A stretch of 54,660 nt of DNA, from positions 1 to 54,660 of the forward strand of contig WRFP01000001.1 in NCBI GenBank assembly GCA_009778725.1, in the 5' to 3' direction. A program made the translations under genes and the position numbers. A model generated the notes under the pieces. The model ran no database searches. It was not told the DNA's origin and saw nothing but the letters and a program-made list of their open reading frames with translations. Below are positions 8,454-17,457 of this stretch, piece by piece. This DNA comes from Propionibacteriaceae bacterium (GTDB taxonomy: Bacteria > Actinomycetota > Actinomycetes > Propionibacteriales > Propionibacteriaceae). Position 1 is the first letter of the stretch; every line of letters begins with the position of its first letter.

Positions 8454-9838
8454 CAGACCTCCAGCGACCGCATCATCCGTGGCAGTTGGTCAAGGCTGCC
8501 CAGGGTTAGCACCGGAGAGTCGCCCAGGGTGGTACGGCCCATGGCAATTCCCAACTCACACCGCAGGACGACGGTCAGAACATCGACGCCGAAACGCACG
8601 CACGCGGCATGCATCCGGCCCGGGTCGACCTGGGCTCCGGTGATCATCACTGCCACTGACGCATCCGGGGCGACCTTCGCAGCGTCGAGGGCGACGGTCT
8701 CGATGGGCAGGGGCCGCTCAGCCAGTTCCAGGCGGGAGAAGCCATCCAGCATGATCATTGCGGTGACTGTGTTCAGAAAGCTTCCGGGAACGGCGATGGT
8801 CAGGTCTTTCTCTTGAGTGATCGCCTGTTGGCCCAGGGAAGCGGCGACCGACACGGCCAATTCGAAATCCTCCGCGGTCGCGTAATCCAAGGCGGAGCAC
8901 GACAAGCAGACCACGAGGTGGGAACGTCGGGTTTCTTCGAACTGACGGACAACCAGCCTGCCTGTGCGGGCCGAGGTCTTCCAGTGGACGTGCCTCAAAT
9001 CGTCGCCCACGACGTAGTCCCGCAGCGCGTGGAATGCTATGTCCGAAGATGACAAGGTGTCGGTCGGGCGACCCTCCAAATCCCTGAGGAACCCTGCCGA
9101 CGAGTCCGCCAAGGACACTGTCTTCGGGTGGACGAAGAGTTCCTGAACCTCAGTCCACTTCTGTTCGCGTCTCAACAGCCCCAACCCGTCGCCACGGGAG
9201 GATCGTACTGGTCCCACAGGGATGACGGCCCGCTTGCTGGTATCCACCGCGAAAGGCTCGTAGAAGCAGTCTTGCCCAGTCAGGTGGCCGACATCGAAGA
9301 CCCGGGTGGCCTGACCGATGGGAACCAGGAAGACCGAGGGGCGCAAGTTTCTGTCGGAGGTGTTGCGAACCGTCAGCGCTCCGTGGGCGTCGTCACCCAC
9401 TCGGACTCGCATCCGGGTCATGTCCACCTGGACCGCGTAGGAGAACCGGCCGAGGACGAAGTACACCGAGCCCACCACGAGGACGAGGAGGAATAGAGCA
9501 ATAACCAAGAATTCATGCCATTTGAGCCAGTCCCCCACTGCCAAGGCCACCACGACCACCGCTATCACCACCCAGCCGATGGGTTGGATGATCCCCAGGA
9601 TGGGCCGGGCCTCATCGACGACTGGCCTCAGGTAGCGGCCCACAGTCTGCGCTCCGCGACGTACTGGGGCTATCAGTTGACTTGCCTTGTCCTTTGCCGA
9701 CCACAAACCTGCCAACAATCGCGACGGCACTCTCGCTGGTGAGGCTAACTCGTCGGTTCTGGCAGCCTTCGATGGACCAGCCGGTTGCCGCCGACGGTCC
9801 TTGTCCGGCAGTGCCCTGGTGGGGGCAAGAGGGGTCAT
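8453..9838 (-). CDS. DUF58 (vWA-like) domain protein with N-terminal TM helices
   Basis: LRDYVVGDDLRHVHWKTSARTGRLVVRQFEE matches the DUF58 signature. Two TM helices lie near residues 90-130. The ATGA overlap with MoxR and a 1-nt overlap with the next gene indicate tight coupling. Confidence 0.85.
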   Translation of the reverse strand: MTPLAPTRALPDKDRRRQPAGPSKAARTDELASPARVPSRLLAGLWSAKDKASQLIAPVRRGAQTVGRYLRPVVDEARPILGIIQPIGWVVIAVVVVALAVGDWLKWHEFLVIALFLLVLVVGSVYFVLGRFSYAVQVDMTRMRVRVGDDAHGALTVRNTSDRNLRPSVFLVPIGQATRVFDVGHLTGQDCFYEPFAVDTSKRAVIPVGPVRSSRGDGLGLLRREQKWTEVQELFVHPKTVSLADSSAGFLRDLEGRPTDTLSSSDIAFHALRDYVVGDDLRHVHWKTSARTGRLVVRQFEETRRSHLVVCLSCSALDYATAEDFELAVSVAASLGQQAITQEKDLTIAVPGSFLNTVTAMIMLDGFSRLELAERPLPIETVALDAAKVAPDASVAVMITGAQVDPGRMHAACVRFGVDVLTVVLRCELGIAMGRTTLGDSPVLTLGSLDQLPRMMRSLEV

Positions 9839-10806
9839 GGGGCGATCTCCGTCTGGGGAATGGGAACCTCATCAATGACCCGGTCGATAACCGAGGCAGC
9901 CGTGACACCTGCGAACTCCGCCTCCGGATCGAGGATGAGCCGGTGGTCCCACACCTGATGGCGGAGATCTTTCACGTCGTCACAGGTGACGTAGGGCCGC
10001 CCTTGGGATGCTGCCCAGACCTTTGCTGTCCTGGTCATGGCCAGAGCCCCTCGTACTGAGACTCCAATCCGGGTTTGGTCGCTCAGGCGGGTCTGCTCGG
10101 CCACGGTGGCGATATAGGTCAGTACGGCGTCAGCGACATGCACAGTTGTGGCGAGGTCGGCCATTTCCGCGACCTTGTCAGCGGGGATGACCGGGGAAAT
10201 CAGCGAGGACCGGTTCTTCAAGGCCGCCCCCGAGAGGATCTCGACGGTATGAGCCATGTCCGGGTAACCGATGGAGGTCTTCATCAGGAAACGGTCCAAC
10301 TGGGCTTCAGGCAGCCGATAGGTTCCGGCTTGCTCAATCGGGTTCTGGGTCGCGATCACCATGAAGGGCCGGCCCACTTTCCGAGTCACGCCGTCGACCG
10401 TGACCTGGCCTTCCTCCATGACCTCCAGGAGAGCCGACTGGGTCTTGGGCGAGGCGCGGTTGATCTCGTCAGCCAACAGAATGTGGGCAAACACCGGGCC
10501 TGGAAGGAATTCGAAGTCACCTTTGCGCTGGTCGAAGACCGTCACACCCGTGACATCGGTCGGCAGCAGGTCGGGAGTGAACTGGATGCGCTTGCTCGTC
10601 CCGGCGACTGTGACGGCCAGCGCCCGGGCCAATTGGGTCTTGCCGGTCCCCGGGGCGTCTTCCAGGAGAATGTGGCCTTCCGCCAGCATGGCAGCGACCG
10701 CGTAGCGAACTTCACGGTCTTTGCCTAAGACGGCCTTGCCGACACTGGCGACGATCTGGTTGACAGCCTGGGCGAACCACTGAGCTTGATCGGGAGTCAT
10801 GGTCAT
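9835..10806 (-). CDS. MoxR-family AAA+ ATPase
   Basis: Walker A is LLEDAPGTGKTQLARALA. Walker B / sensor region is LLADEINRASPKTQSALLEVMEE..TVDG. VIATQNP is present. The size (323 aa) is typical of MoxR. Confidence 0.92.
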   Translation of the reverse strand: MTMTPDQAQWFAQAVNQIVASVGKAVLGKDREVRYAVAAMLAEGHILLEDAPGTGKTQLARALAVTVAGTSKRIQFTPDLLPTDVTGVTVFDQRKGDFEFLPGPVFAHILLADEINRASPKTQSALLEVMEEGQVTVDGVTRKVGRPFMVIATQNPIEQAGTYRLPEAQLDRFLMKTSIGYPDMAHTVEILSGAALKNRSSLISPVIPADKVAEMADLATTVHVADAVLTYIATVAEQTRLSDQTRIGVSVRGALAMTRTAKVWAASQGRPYVTCDDVKDLRHQVWDHRLILDPEAEFAGVTAASVIDRVIDEVPIPQTEIAP

Positions 10807-10862
10807 GGGTCACGATGTCCTTTCCTGGAGATTTCGGCGAAAAGTCGCCACGAATACCGTTG

Positions 10863-13800
10863 TCATGCGCGGGTACAATCGACAATTTTAGGTGAACTAG
10901 CGTCGCCATGGGCGAACCAGATGGACACGGAATGGGTCTGCAGGTTGACACCTGTTTCCCATCCAACAAGGGCGTACGTTCCCGAGCCCGCATGAACCCA
11001 GCACCCCGGGGGTGTTCCGGTATTGCTGTCACAGCCGGAGGTGTTGTACTTCCACCACTGGGTGGCGTCGGCGGGCATATTGGAGAAAGTAACCGACATG
11101 TTTGTGGGCCCGCTGATGTGATAGGTACAACTGGGAGGTTTCGGACAGGCCGCCGCAGTCGCACTCGCACTGGCCACCGAACTGGTCTGGCCCGCGGAGT
11201 CGACCGCACGTACCTGAATCGAGTGCGATTGCGCACAGGTGCTGCCCACCGACTGGGACCCATTCGAGGCTGCCACGGCTGTCCATCCGCCGTTGTCGAT
11301 GTTAACTTCCAGCTTGGAGATCGCCCTCCCGTTTTCCGCCGGCATGGACCATGACACGGTGACCGCATTGCCATTCTGGGCCGCCTTCGCACCAGGCTGG
11401 TTGGGAGGACCGTACGGACGGCAATTCCCGACACTGGTGGTCGGCCCTTTCTGACTGGTCGATTGAACCGTTGTGACAGCCCACACCTGGATCGTGTAGC
11501 CGGTGCTGCTGTTCTTTAAAGCCGCGGTGCCTGAGGTCGACCCACCGAAGGAACCCGACGTCCCATCGGAAGCTTGCCACTGGTACGACACCTCTGAGGC
11601 CTTCGCGCCATTGAGCGGGGCCGCGCTGAAGGACAGCGCACAACCGCCGTTCTTGTCCGCACTGGTCAAGCCCGACACCGTGCCCGGAGGTACGATCGAC
11701 CGGAACCCGGCAGACTGCGCCGAGACCGCACCTGTCCCGGCTTTGTTGGTGGCAGACACGGTGAAGGTGTACTCCGTCTGGCTGGTGGGCAAGGTCGTCG
11801 TCTGACAGACCTGAGTTCCGCCCGTAGCCGAGACTGTGTAGACATTGCCGGTTGAGGATGTCAGTGTGTAGGTCGAGATCGCTGCCCCGTTGTCCGATGG
11901 TACGCTCCAGCACACCTGTGCGCGGCCCTGGTTGCCGACCGGGTCGAGCCGGGTCCACGTCGGTGCGGAAGGAGTGGCAGGCGGACCAGCCGGGGTCTGT
12001 TCCACAGAGTACGGCGACCACTGGCTGGGATCCGTACAAACGTTAGGCGCCGAGTTGACCGCACAGACCTGGACCTTGTAAGCCGTACCGTTCTTCAGCC
12101 CGGTCCACGAGTACGAGAGCCCTGTCACCCCAGTGACCATCTGCTGACCCGACGGCGGTGCCGGGGAGATGCGCAGGTTGTACGAGGTGATCGGCGACCC
12201 GTGACTGTTGCCCGCCAGCCAACTCAGGCTCACGGATTGGTCACCCCAGTTGATTCCCGGTGTTTTCATCGGGTCCGGCACGGCATCTGGGCGTACCTCC
12301 TGGGACGGCAACGATGGATCCGACACCCCAACCTCGTTCGTCGCCGTGACAGTAAAGGTGTACGTCGTATCGTTCGTCAGTCCATTGAGAACGCAGGTCG
12401 TCCCCGAACATTGTTTGGTGTACCCCGGGACTCCTGTCACCGTGTATCCAGTGATGGCAGCGCCGTGATTGTCCGGCGGGGTCCATTTCAGGGTGGCCTG
12501 CTGGTCGCCGATTTGAACCACACTGATTCCGCTGGGTGCTGCCGGACGTCCTCGCACAGTCAGATAGATGCGGCCCTGAGCCTGGCGATCCGGGTCCGCA
12601 GTCTGGTCCTGGATCGTGTACCGGACCACCATCTGCCCGAGGAAGGAGTCAGCAGGTGTCACGGACACGCCATTGCCATTACATCCCGTACTGACCGTCC
12701 CCTGTCCGGATTCGACGACCGCACCGACCACAGTCAGACTGCTGCCAGGAAAAGGATTGACGTCGTTGGCCGTCACGTTCACACACGTCGCCACACCCTG
12801 GCTGGCTTTCGGGACCTGGTCGTCGACAGCCACGGGCAAGGGCTTGGTCGTTCCCACGACGGTTACCGCAATCGGTGCCTGAGCCGTCGACTGTCCATCC
12901 GTGACCTCGACTGTCACCGTGGCTTTCGTTCCCTTTGCCACGCTGATGTCAGCCGCAACGGTCATGGTCACACTGCTGATCGAAGCGGTGATTCCCTTAA
13001 CATTGGGCGGCTGGGCCACCGAGAATGACAGCTTGGCCGCCGGGTCCGAATCCTTGGCCAAGGCCGCCAGGTCGACAGGCGTCGATTGGCCCGCCTCGAC
13101 GGTGACAGTGGCGTTGCCCATCGAGACCACCGGTGGAGTATGGGCCTGGTCCGACGGCAAAACGGTGACCGGAATCGTGACCACCGCGGTCAGCCCGGTG
13201 TCGTCTTCCAGGCTGGACCCATCGGTCACCTCGACCAGAATGGCCGCCGGCCCGGTGTAGTCGGCAGGGGCATGGAAAGTGACCTGAGTCGCGGAGGGTG
13301 CTTCTGCCGAACCGTTCCAAGCCGAGACCTTCTCGGCCTGCGTCACTTTCGCAGTACGCCCTGGACGCACGAGGATCTGGTCCGACAAAGAAACTGTCAC
13401 CGACTCGCCCTGCTTGACCTGGAGGGCATTCGCCGACGGGTTGTACTGGGGCGGGATGGTATCCACCCCAGGAACAGTGATGAAACCGTGTCCGACAAGG
13501 TTGTCCGGGTCGGTCAGCGTGTAGTCGATGATCTGGAGATCCGAGGTGATCGGAACCGTGACAATGCCATCGTTGACGTGGACTGTCGGGTCTGCCACCG
13601 CCACCGTGTCCTGGCTCACGTCTCCATCGGGATCGCGGTCGTTGTCCCGTACGGACACGTCGACGGACGTGTGCATCAGGGCGTCGGTCAACGAAACCGT
13701 GTCGTCACCGAGAATCGGGGCTTTCAGGGCCACATCCGGGCTGACCGACACCGTGATGATCCCCGTGGACTGCAACCCGGCGCCGTTGGTGATCGCGTAG

Positions 13801-16800
13801 GTTCCCCAGTACGAACCGGACTGGCCGGGAGCAGTGATGACCACATTGTTGCCCTGTGTCGTGGCGGTGAAACTGTCCGATGTCGCAGAGTCGGCCACCA
13901 GCGAACAGCATGTATTGCCATGCTGGTCAAAGTCATTGGCCGTCACGGGCACGATCACCTGCCGCCCTGGTCTGGTCTCCACCGTGTCTGTCACAGCGAT
14001 GGGTGGTTCGTTCTGGTCGCTGGCTGGTGCGATGCCGACGAGGACCTGGCCGGTGGCCTCCAACCCCTTGCGATCGCGGACGAGATAGGTGAACGAGTCG
14101 CTGCCGGTCGTGGTGTCCCCCGGAGCGTAGACGAAGCCAGTCGAACTGACGGCTGTGATCAGCCCCTGCGAAGGAGCCGATCCGATACCCACCAGGGAGA
14201 CGAAGTCACCGTTGGGATCGATGCCGTCAAGCGGGATCGTGACTGCCACCGGCTGGCCGGCCAACGTGCGTACCTCGACCTGTTTGGGCTTGGGAGCGTC
14301 ATTTCCCGTGTCATCTCCTACAACATGAATTGTCAATCGTCCAGTGTCGGGTTCCGCCGAGCCCGTCTGGTTGGCAACCTTGTACAAAGCCGTGTAGGTC
14401 CCGGGATTCTGGCGGGCGTGGACCCGCACGACGTTGCCTGAGGTGAAGACCAGAGCTTCGGAGTCGGGATTGGGAGTCTGGGTGAGGTCGGGCAGCAGCT
14501 TCAGGGGAATCCCATTGGGCTGGGTGTCATTGGCCAGGACATCGACGGTGGCGATGTCGCCCACCCGAACAGTCACCTGATCGTCCGCGGCCACCGGCGA
14601 CATGATGCGGTCGGGAGCCGGTACGGGGACCACGGTGACGCGGCTGGTGGCGTACCCCTTGCCATTGGAGATCGTGTAATCGAAACTGACCGGCGAGGTG
14701 AATTCCTTCTCGGGGGTGATCTTCACCCGCTCGTGGTCGATGACCGACACGACGAACGGCAGATCGGCAGTCGCATCCACCGAGGTCACGACCAGGGGAT
14801 ATCCCATCGGATTGACGTCATTGTCCAAGACGTTGACATAGGTCTCCTGTCCGGCGGAGACCAGAACCGTGTCTGGAACGGCCACGGGAAGCGCGTCCTG
14901 ATCGGGTGCTGGCAGGACGAGAATGCGGATCCAACTCTCCTGATTGGTCGAGGGCCCGTCCGTCACCGTGTACGTCAGGTAGACCGATCCCGCCTCATTG
15001 CAGACCGCCGTGATGGTCCCCGCGATAGTGTCGGCCGCCACCGAACACCTCGGGTCCGAGCTGACATTCGTCAACTGCAGGGCGTCGCCGTCGGGATCGG
15101 TGTCATTGTCCAGCGGGTGAATGACGATCTGCGAACCGACAGTGCCAGAGACCAGGTCGGGGGTCGGATCCGGGGGCCGGTTGCCCGGTGGGAGAACATT
15201 GACCGTGATGTCGCCATCGGCCACGGCCTGTCCGTCGGAGACCTGGATGTGAATCGTCTTCACGCCGGTGGAAATCCCGCCGTCCTGGAATGCCAGAGAA
15301 CCGTCTTCGAGGGCCTGGACGGAGTCCTCGGGTGAACAGGAAGCCCCGACCAGAAAGATGGTGTCACCATCGGGGTCGCGCCAGTTGGACAAGACGTTGT
15401 ACGACACGGTGTGACCACTGGTCACAGTCAACGATGTGGCCCGGATCGCGGCAGGCGGTGAGTTGACAGAATCGGGATGGACGTCCACCTCGACATGGGC
15501 ATCCGACGTGCCGCCGCGCCCGTCAGAGACCTGATAGGTGAACCCGAGTGTTCCCGACGCGGTGGCGGGAACGTTCATCTGGAAGACGGATTGGGAATAC
15601 ACCAGGGACAGTTGTGTGCCCGCCGGGGCATCGCCGACTAGGGAAGCCGTCAGCAGGTCGCCGTCCTCGTCAGTGTCATTCTCCACCACGGGCAATAGCA
15701 CCGACGACCCGGCCCGGGCACCGAACTGGTCGTCTACCGCCTGGGGCGGATGGTTCTCAGCAGTACGATCGGGCTTGATCGATTCATCGATCTCCTCTTT
15801 GGCCTGGGTGTCCTGATTGCCCTTGTCAGCATCCATCATGGAGTTCCAGTTGTCCACTTTGACCACCCGGTCGGCCACCGACCACACCGCACCCGATGTC
15901 AGTTCGTTGAGGAGGATGTGCCCCCAGTTGACGCGGAAGCGCAGTTCGCTGGTGGCGGTGATTTTGTCGATGGTGGTGGTCAGATCGTTGCTGTCGCCGG
16001 GGCAATCGCGTAAGAACGCCCCCGTGCCAGACCAGACCGCGTAGGTACATCCGTCAAGTTGGACCGGAGGGCTGGCCACCCCGACTCCCCCCTTGCTGCC
16101 CGCCTGGGTGACTGTAGCTTGACTGCCGTTCAGGGGTTGGGAAACCAGAGCGGTGGGCGTCTCATAGACCACGGAACCCGCTTCCGCTGAGACCATCTGG
16201 AGTGAGACGGACGTCGCGTCGGTCGCGCCGTCATCGGCCAGTAGACCCACTGTCTTCCCGGAGGCCAGGTGGATCGTGGAATCCTTCTGGCTGAGCAGGA
16301 CCGGTTGACTGCCGACAACCGTCATGGCATAGGTCCCATCCGGCACCAAACCGGCCATAGCCTTGTCCGTCACGACAGGATCGCCTCCGGCTGAGCCCAC
16401 GCGTACTGTTTTTTCTATCCCTGCGACGGGGTCGACGACATAAGCCGTCCCATCTTGGCCCACGGCCATCGCCGCGTTTTTGGGCAGATCGGTCACGGCA
16501 GCGGGCATGGCTTGCGATGTTGGGTCGAAGCTTTGGACCACAGCCGCTGGGAGAAGCCAGAAGGAGCCTTTGTCCGGAATCAATATCCCGACCATTCCAC
16601 CACCAAGCTCAATGCCGGTTCCCCCGCCCAGCATCATGGTGTGACCCAGGGTCAGGTTGGCCGGATTGAGAGGAGCGACGGAACCGTCGTCGGGGTCCAC
16701 GACGAAGACATTCGCGTTTTCTTGGAGAACATCGAAATGGGACATGTCCGTGACGTAGGCAATTGAGTCGAGTTGCTGGGCGGAATAGTTGAAACGGCCC

Positions 16801-16997
16801 ACGGCCTGGACTTTTTGGCTCGTCACCCACACACCGGAATCATTCAAGTGCAACTGCGCGACCGGAAACCCCTGACTGGCGACAGCCATTGCTGTGAAGC
16901 CAGTTGCCAAAACGGTGACAAATCCCACAGAGAGAATCTTTCGCCATCTGCGTGATAGCAGGCCCATGACAGTACCTCTAGTTCCCCAGTCCGCCAT
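10863..16997 (-). CDS. Giant N-terminally anchored surface protein (2,044 aa) with cadherin/Ig-like modules and FN3 domains
   Basis: Single uninterrupted ORF. The basic N-terminus plus TM helix is RRWRKILSVGFVTVLATGFTAMAVA. An unassigned ectodomain of about 340 aa comes next, then about 11 modules carrying ND-x-D/N-P-x-G motifs, 5 FN3-like domains and a Cys-containing C-terminal cap. There is no LPXTG signal. The ATG at 16967 (MGLLSRRW, RBS GAGG 7 nt upstream) may be the true start. Confidence 0.9.
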   Translation of the reverse strand: MADWGTRGTVMGLLSRRWRKILSVGFVTVLATGFTAMAVASQGFPVAQLHLNDSGVWVTSQKVQAVGRFNYSAQQLDSIAYVTDMSHFDVLQENANVFVVDPDDGSVAPLNPANLTLGHTMMLGGGTGIELGGGMVGILIPDKGSFWLLPAAVVQSFDPTSQAMPAAVTDLPKNAAMAVGQDGTAYVVDPVAGIEKTVRVGSAGGDPVVTDKAMAGLVPDGTYAMTVVGSQPVLLSQKDSTIHLASGKTVGLLADDGATDATSVSLQMVSAEAGSVVYETPTALVSQPLNGSQATVTQAGSKGGVGVASPPVQLDGCTYAVWSGTGAFLRDCPGDSNDLTTTIDKITATSELRFRVNWGHILLNELTSGAVWSVADRVVKVDNWNSMMDADKGNQDTQAKEEIDESIKPDRTAENHPPQAVDDQFGARAGSSVLLPVVENDTDEDGDLLTASLVGDAPAGTQLSLVYSQSVFQMNVPATASGTLGFTYQVSDGRGGTSDAHVEVDVHPDSVNSPPAAIRATSLTVTSGHTVSYNVLSNWRDPDGDTIFLVGASCSPEDSVQALEDGSLAFQDGGISTGVKTIHIQVSDGQAVADGDITVNVLPPGNRPPDPTPDLVSGTVGSQIVIHPLDNDTDPDGDALQLTNVSSDPRCSVAADTIAGTITAVCNEAGSVYLTYTVTDGPSTNQESWIRILVLPAPDQDALPVAVPDTVLVSAGQETYVNVLDNDVNPMGYPLVVTSVDATADLPFVVSVIDHERVKITPEKEFTSPVSFDYTISNGKGYATSRVTVVPVPAPDRIMSPVAADDQVTVRVGDIATVDVLANDTQPNGIPLKLLPDLTQTPNPDSEALVFTSGNVVRVHARQNPGTYTALYKVANQTGSAEPDTGRLTIHVVGDDTGNDAPKPKQVEVRTLAGQPVAVTIPLDGIDPNGDFVSLVGIGSAPSQGLITAVSSTGFVYAPGDTTTGSDSFTYLVRDRKGLEATGQVLVGIAPASDQNEPPIAVTDTVETRPGRQVIVPVTANDFDQHGNTCCSLVADSATSDSFTATTQGNNVVITAPGQSGSYWGTYAITNGAGLQSTGIITVSVSPDVALKAPILGDDTVSLTDALMHTSVDVSVRDNDRDPDGDVSQDTVAVADPTVHVNDGIVTVPITSDLQIIDYTLTDPDNLVGHGFITVPGVDTIPPQYNPSANALQVKQGESVTVSLSDQILVRPGRTAKVTQAEKVSAWNGSAEAPSATQVTFHAPADYTGPAAILVEVTDGSSLEDDTGLTAVVTIPVTVLPSDQAHTPPVVSMGNATVTVEAGQSTPVDLAALAKDSDPAAKLSFSVAQPPNVKGITASISSVTMTVAADISVAKGTKATVTVEVTDGQSTAQAPIAVTVVGTTKPLPVAVDDQVPKASQGVATCVNVTANDVNPFPGSSLTVVGAVVESGQGTVSTGCNGNGVSVTPADSFLGQMVVRYTIQDQTADPDRQAQGRIYLTVRGRPAAPSGISVVQIGDQQATLKWTPPDNHGAAITGYTVTGVPGYTKQCSGTTCVLNGLTNDTTYTFTVTATNEVGVSDPSLPSQEVRPDAVPDPMKTPGINWGDQSVSLSWLAGNSHGSPITSYNLRISPAPPSGQQMVTGVTGLSYSWTGLKNGTAYKVQVCAVNSAPNVCTDPSQWSPYSVEQTPAGPPATPSAPTWTRLDPVGNQGRAQVCWSVPSDNGAAISTYTLTSSTGNVYTVSATGGTQVCQTTTLPTSQTEYTFTVSATNKAGTGAVSAQSAGFRSIVPPGTVSGLTSADKNGGCALSFSAAPLNGAKASEVSYQWQASDGTSGSFGGSTSGTAALKNSSTGYTIQVWAVTTVQSTSQKGPTTSVGNCRPYGPPNQPGAKAAQNGNAVTVSWSMPAENGRAISKLEVNIDNGGWTAVAASNGSQSVGSTCAQSHSIQVRAVDSAGQTSSVASASATAAACPKPPSCTYHISGPTNMSVTFSNMPADATQWWKYNTSGCDSNTGTPPGCWVHAGSGTYALVGWETGVNLQTHSVSIWFAHGDASSPKIVDCTRA
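11148..12548 (-). repeat. Five tandem FN3-like domains within the giant protein (coding repeats)
   Basis: Residues ~1484-1950. Repeated pattern: P..P..v.v......a.l.W..P.dnG.aIt.Y.v.......C......C...GL.N.t.Y.F.V.A.N..G.S. Confidence 0.7.
12558..15752 (-). repeat. About 11 tandem ~97-aa cadherin/Ig-like modules within the giant protein (coding repeats)
   Basis: Recurrent motifs and their residue positions: VENDTDEDGD (439), WRDPDGD (539), LDNDTDPDGD (629), LDNDVNPMGY (724), LANDTQPNG (821), DGIDPNGD (924), ANDFDQHGN (1020), DNDRDPDGD (1118), ANDVNPFPG (1410). Spacing is 92-101 aa. Confidence 0.7.
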
Positions 16998-17069
16998 GCC
17001 TCGCGCGGACCGATACAGCCCTCATCATCCAGACACGATGGTAACATACGTGACTTATTGAGATTCCAT

Positions 17070-17083
17070 GGGGATTAATCCCC
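17070..17083. promoter_or_regulatory. Perfect 14-bp palindrome GGGGATTAATCCCC in the divergent intergenic region (possible operator)
   Basis: Read directly. It is nested inside a 9-bp inverted repeat, ATTCCATGG (17064-17072) / CCATGGAAT (17103-17111). It sits between the giant-protein operon and the PLDc_N gene. Confidence 0.35.
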
Positions 17084-17136
17084 AAACAACTCATACCAAC
17101 AACCATGGAATTGACAGATCACGTAGAATTGCTTTC

Positions 17137-17376
17137 ATGACACGGGGTCTTCCGTTACTGCTCCTGATCGCCTGCACGATTTACACGGCTGTGCATGTGG
17201 TGCAGTCCGATTCTGAGCGTGTACGGGTGCTGCCGAAATTCCTCTGGCTGATCATCGTCCTTATCGTGCCCATTTTTGGGATGGTGGCATGGTGGATTTT
17301 CGGGCGGCCGATCAACACCCAGTACGTGCCACCCCAGGCTCCCGATGACGACACCGATTTCCTGCGACGTCTCTAG
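17137..17376 (+). CDS. Small membrane protein, PLDc_N (cardiolipin-synthase N-terminal-like) family
   Basis: Two TM helices. KFLWLIIVLIVPIFGMVAWWIFGRP is the PLDc_N signature. The ATG at 17137 is preferred over the track start at 17068, which begins inside the palindrome. Confidence 0.7.
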   Translation: MTRGLPLLLLIACTIYTAVHVVQSDSERVRVLPKFLWLIIVLIVPIFGMVAWWIFGRPINTQYVPPQAPDDDTDFLRRL

Positions 17377-17377
17377 G

Positions 17378-17414
17378 AGCGCAACCACACCTGGCAGACA
17401 ACCTCTGGTGCGCT
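17378..17414. terminator. Imperfect hairpin between convergent genes (possible bidirectional terminator)
   Basis: agcgcaacca ... tggtgcgct: 9 of 10 nt complementary with an 18-nt loop and no clear U-tract. Confidence 0.2.
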
Positions 17415-17457
17415 GACAAATAACCCTTGTCGGCCCTGTTCCGCTTGCGTGATTTCA

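Noticed and set aside
11148-15752. Periodic repeats that might be taken for a CRISPR array or a satellite.
   Set aside because: The periodicity is about 290 nt and lies entirely inside one long ORF. It reflects protein domain repeats (cadherin-like and FN3). There are no short identical DNA repeats separated by spacers.
17068-17136. Longer start for the PLDc_N gene (ATGGGGATTAATCCCC...).
   Set aside because: It would add a hydrophilic 23-aa leader (MGINPQTTHTNNHGIDRSRRIAF) not typical of the family. It also begins inside the intergenic palindrome. The ATG at 17137 gives the usual short N-terminus.
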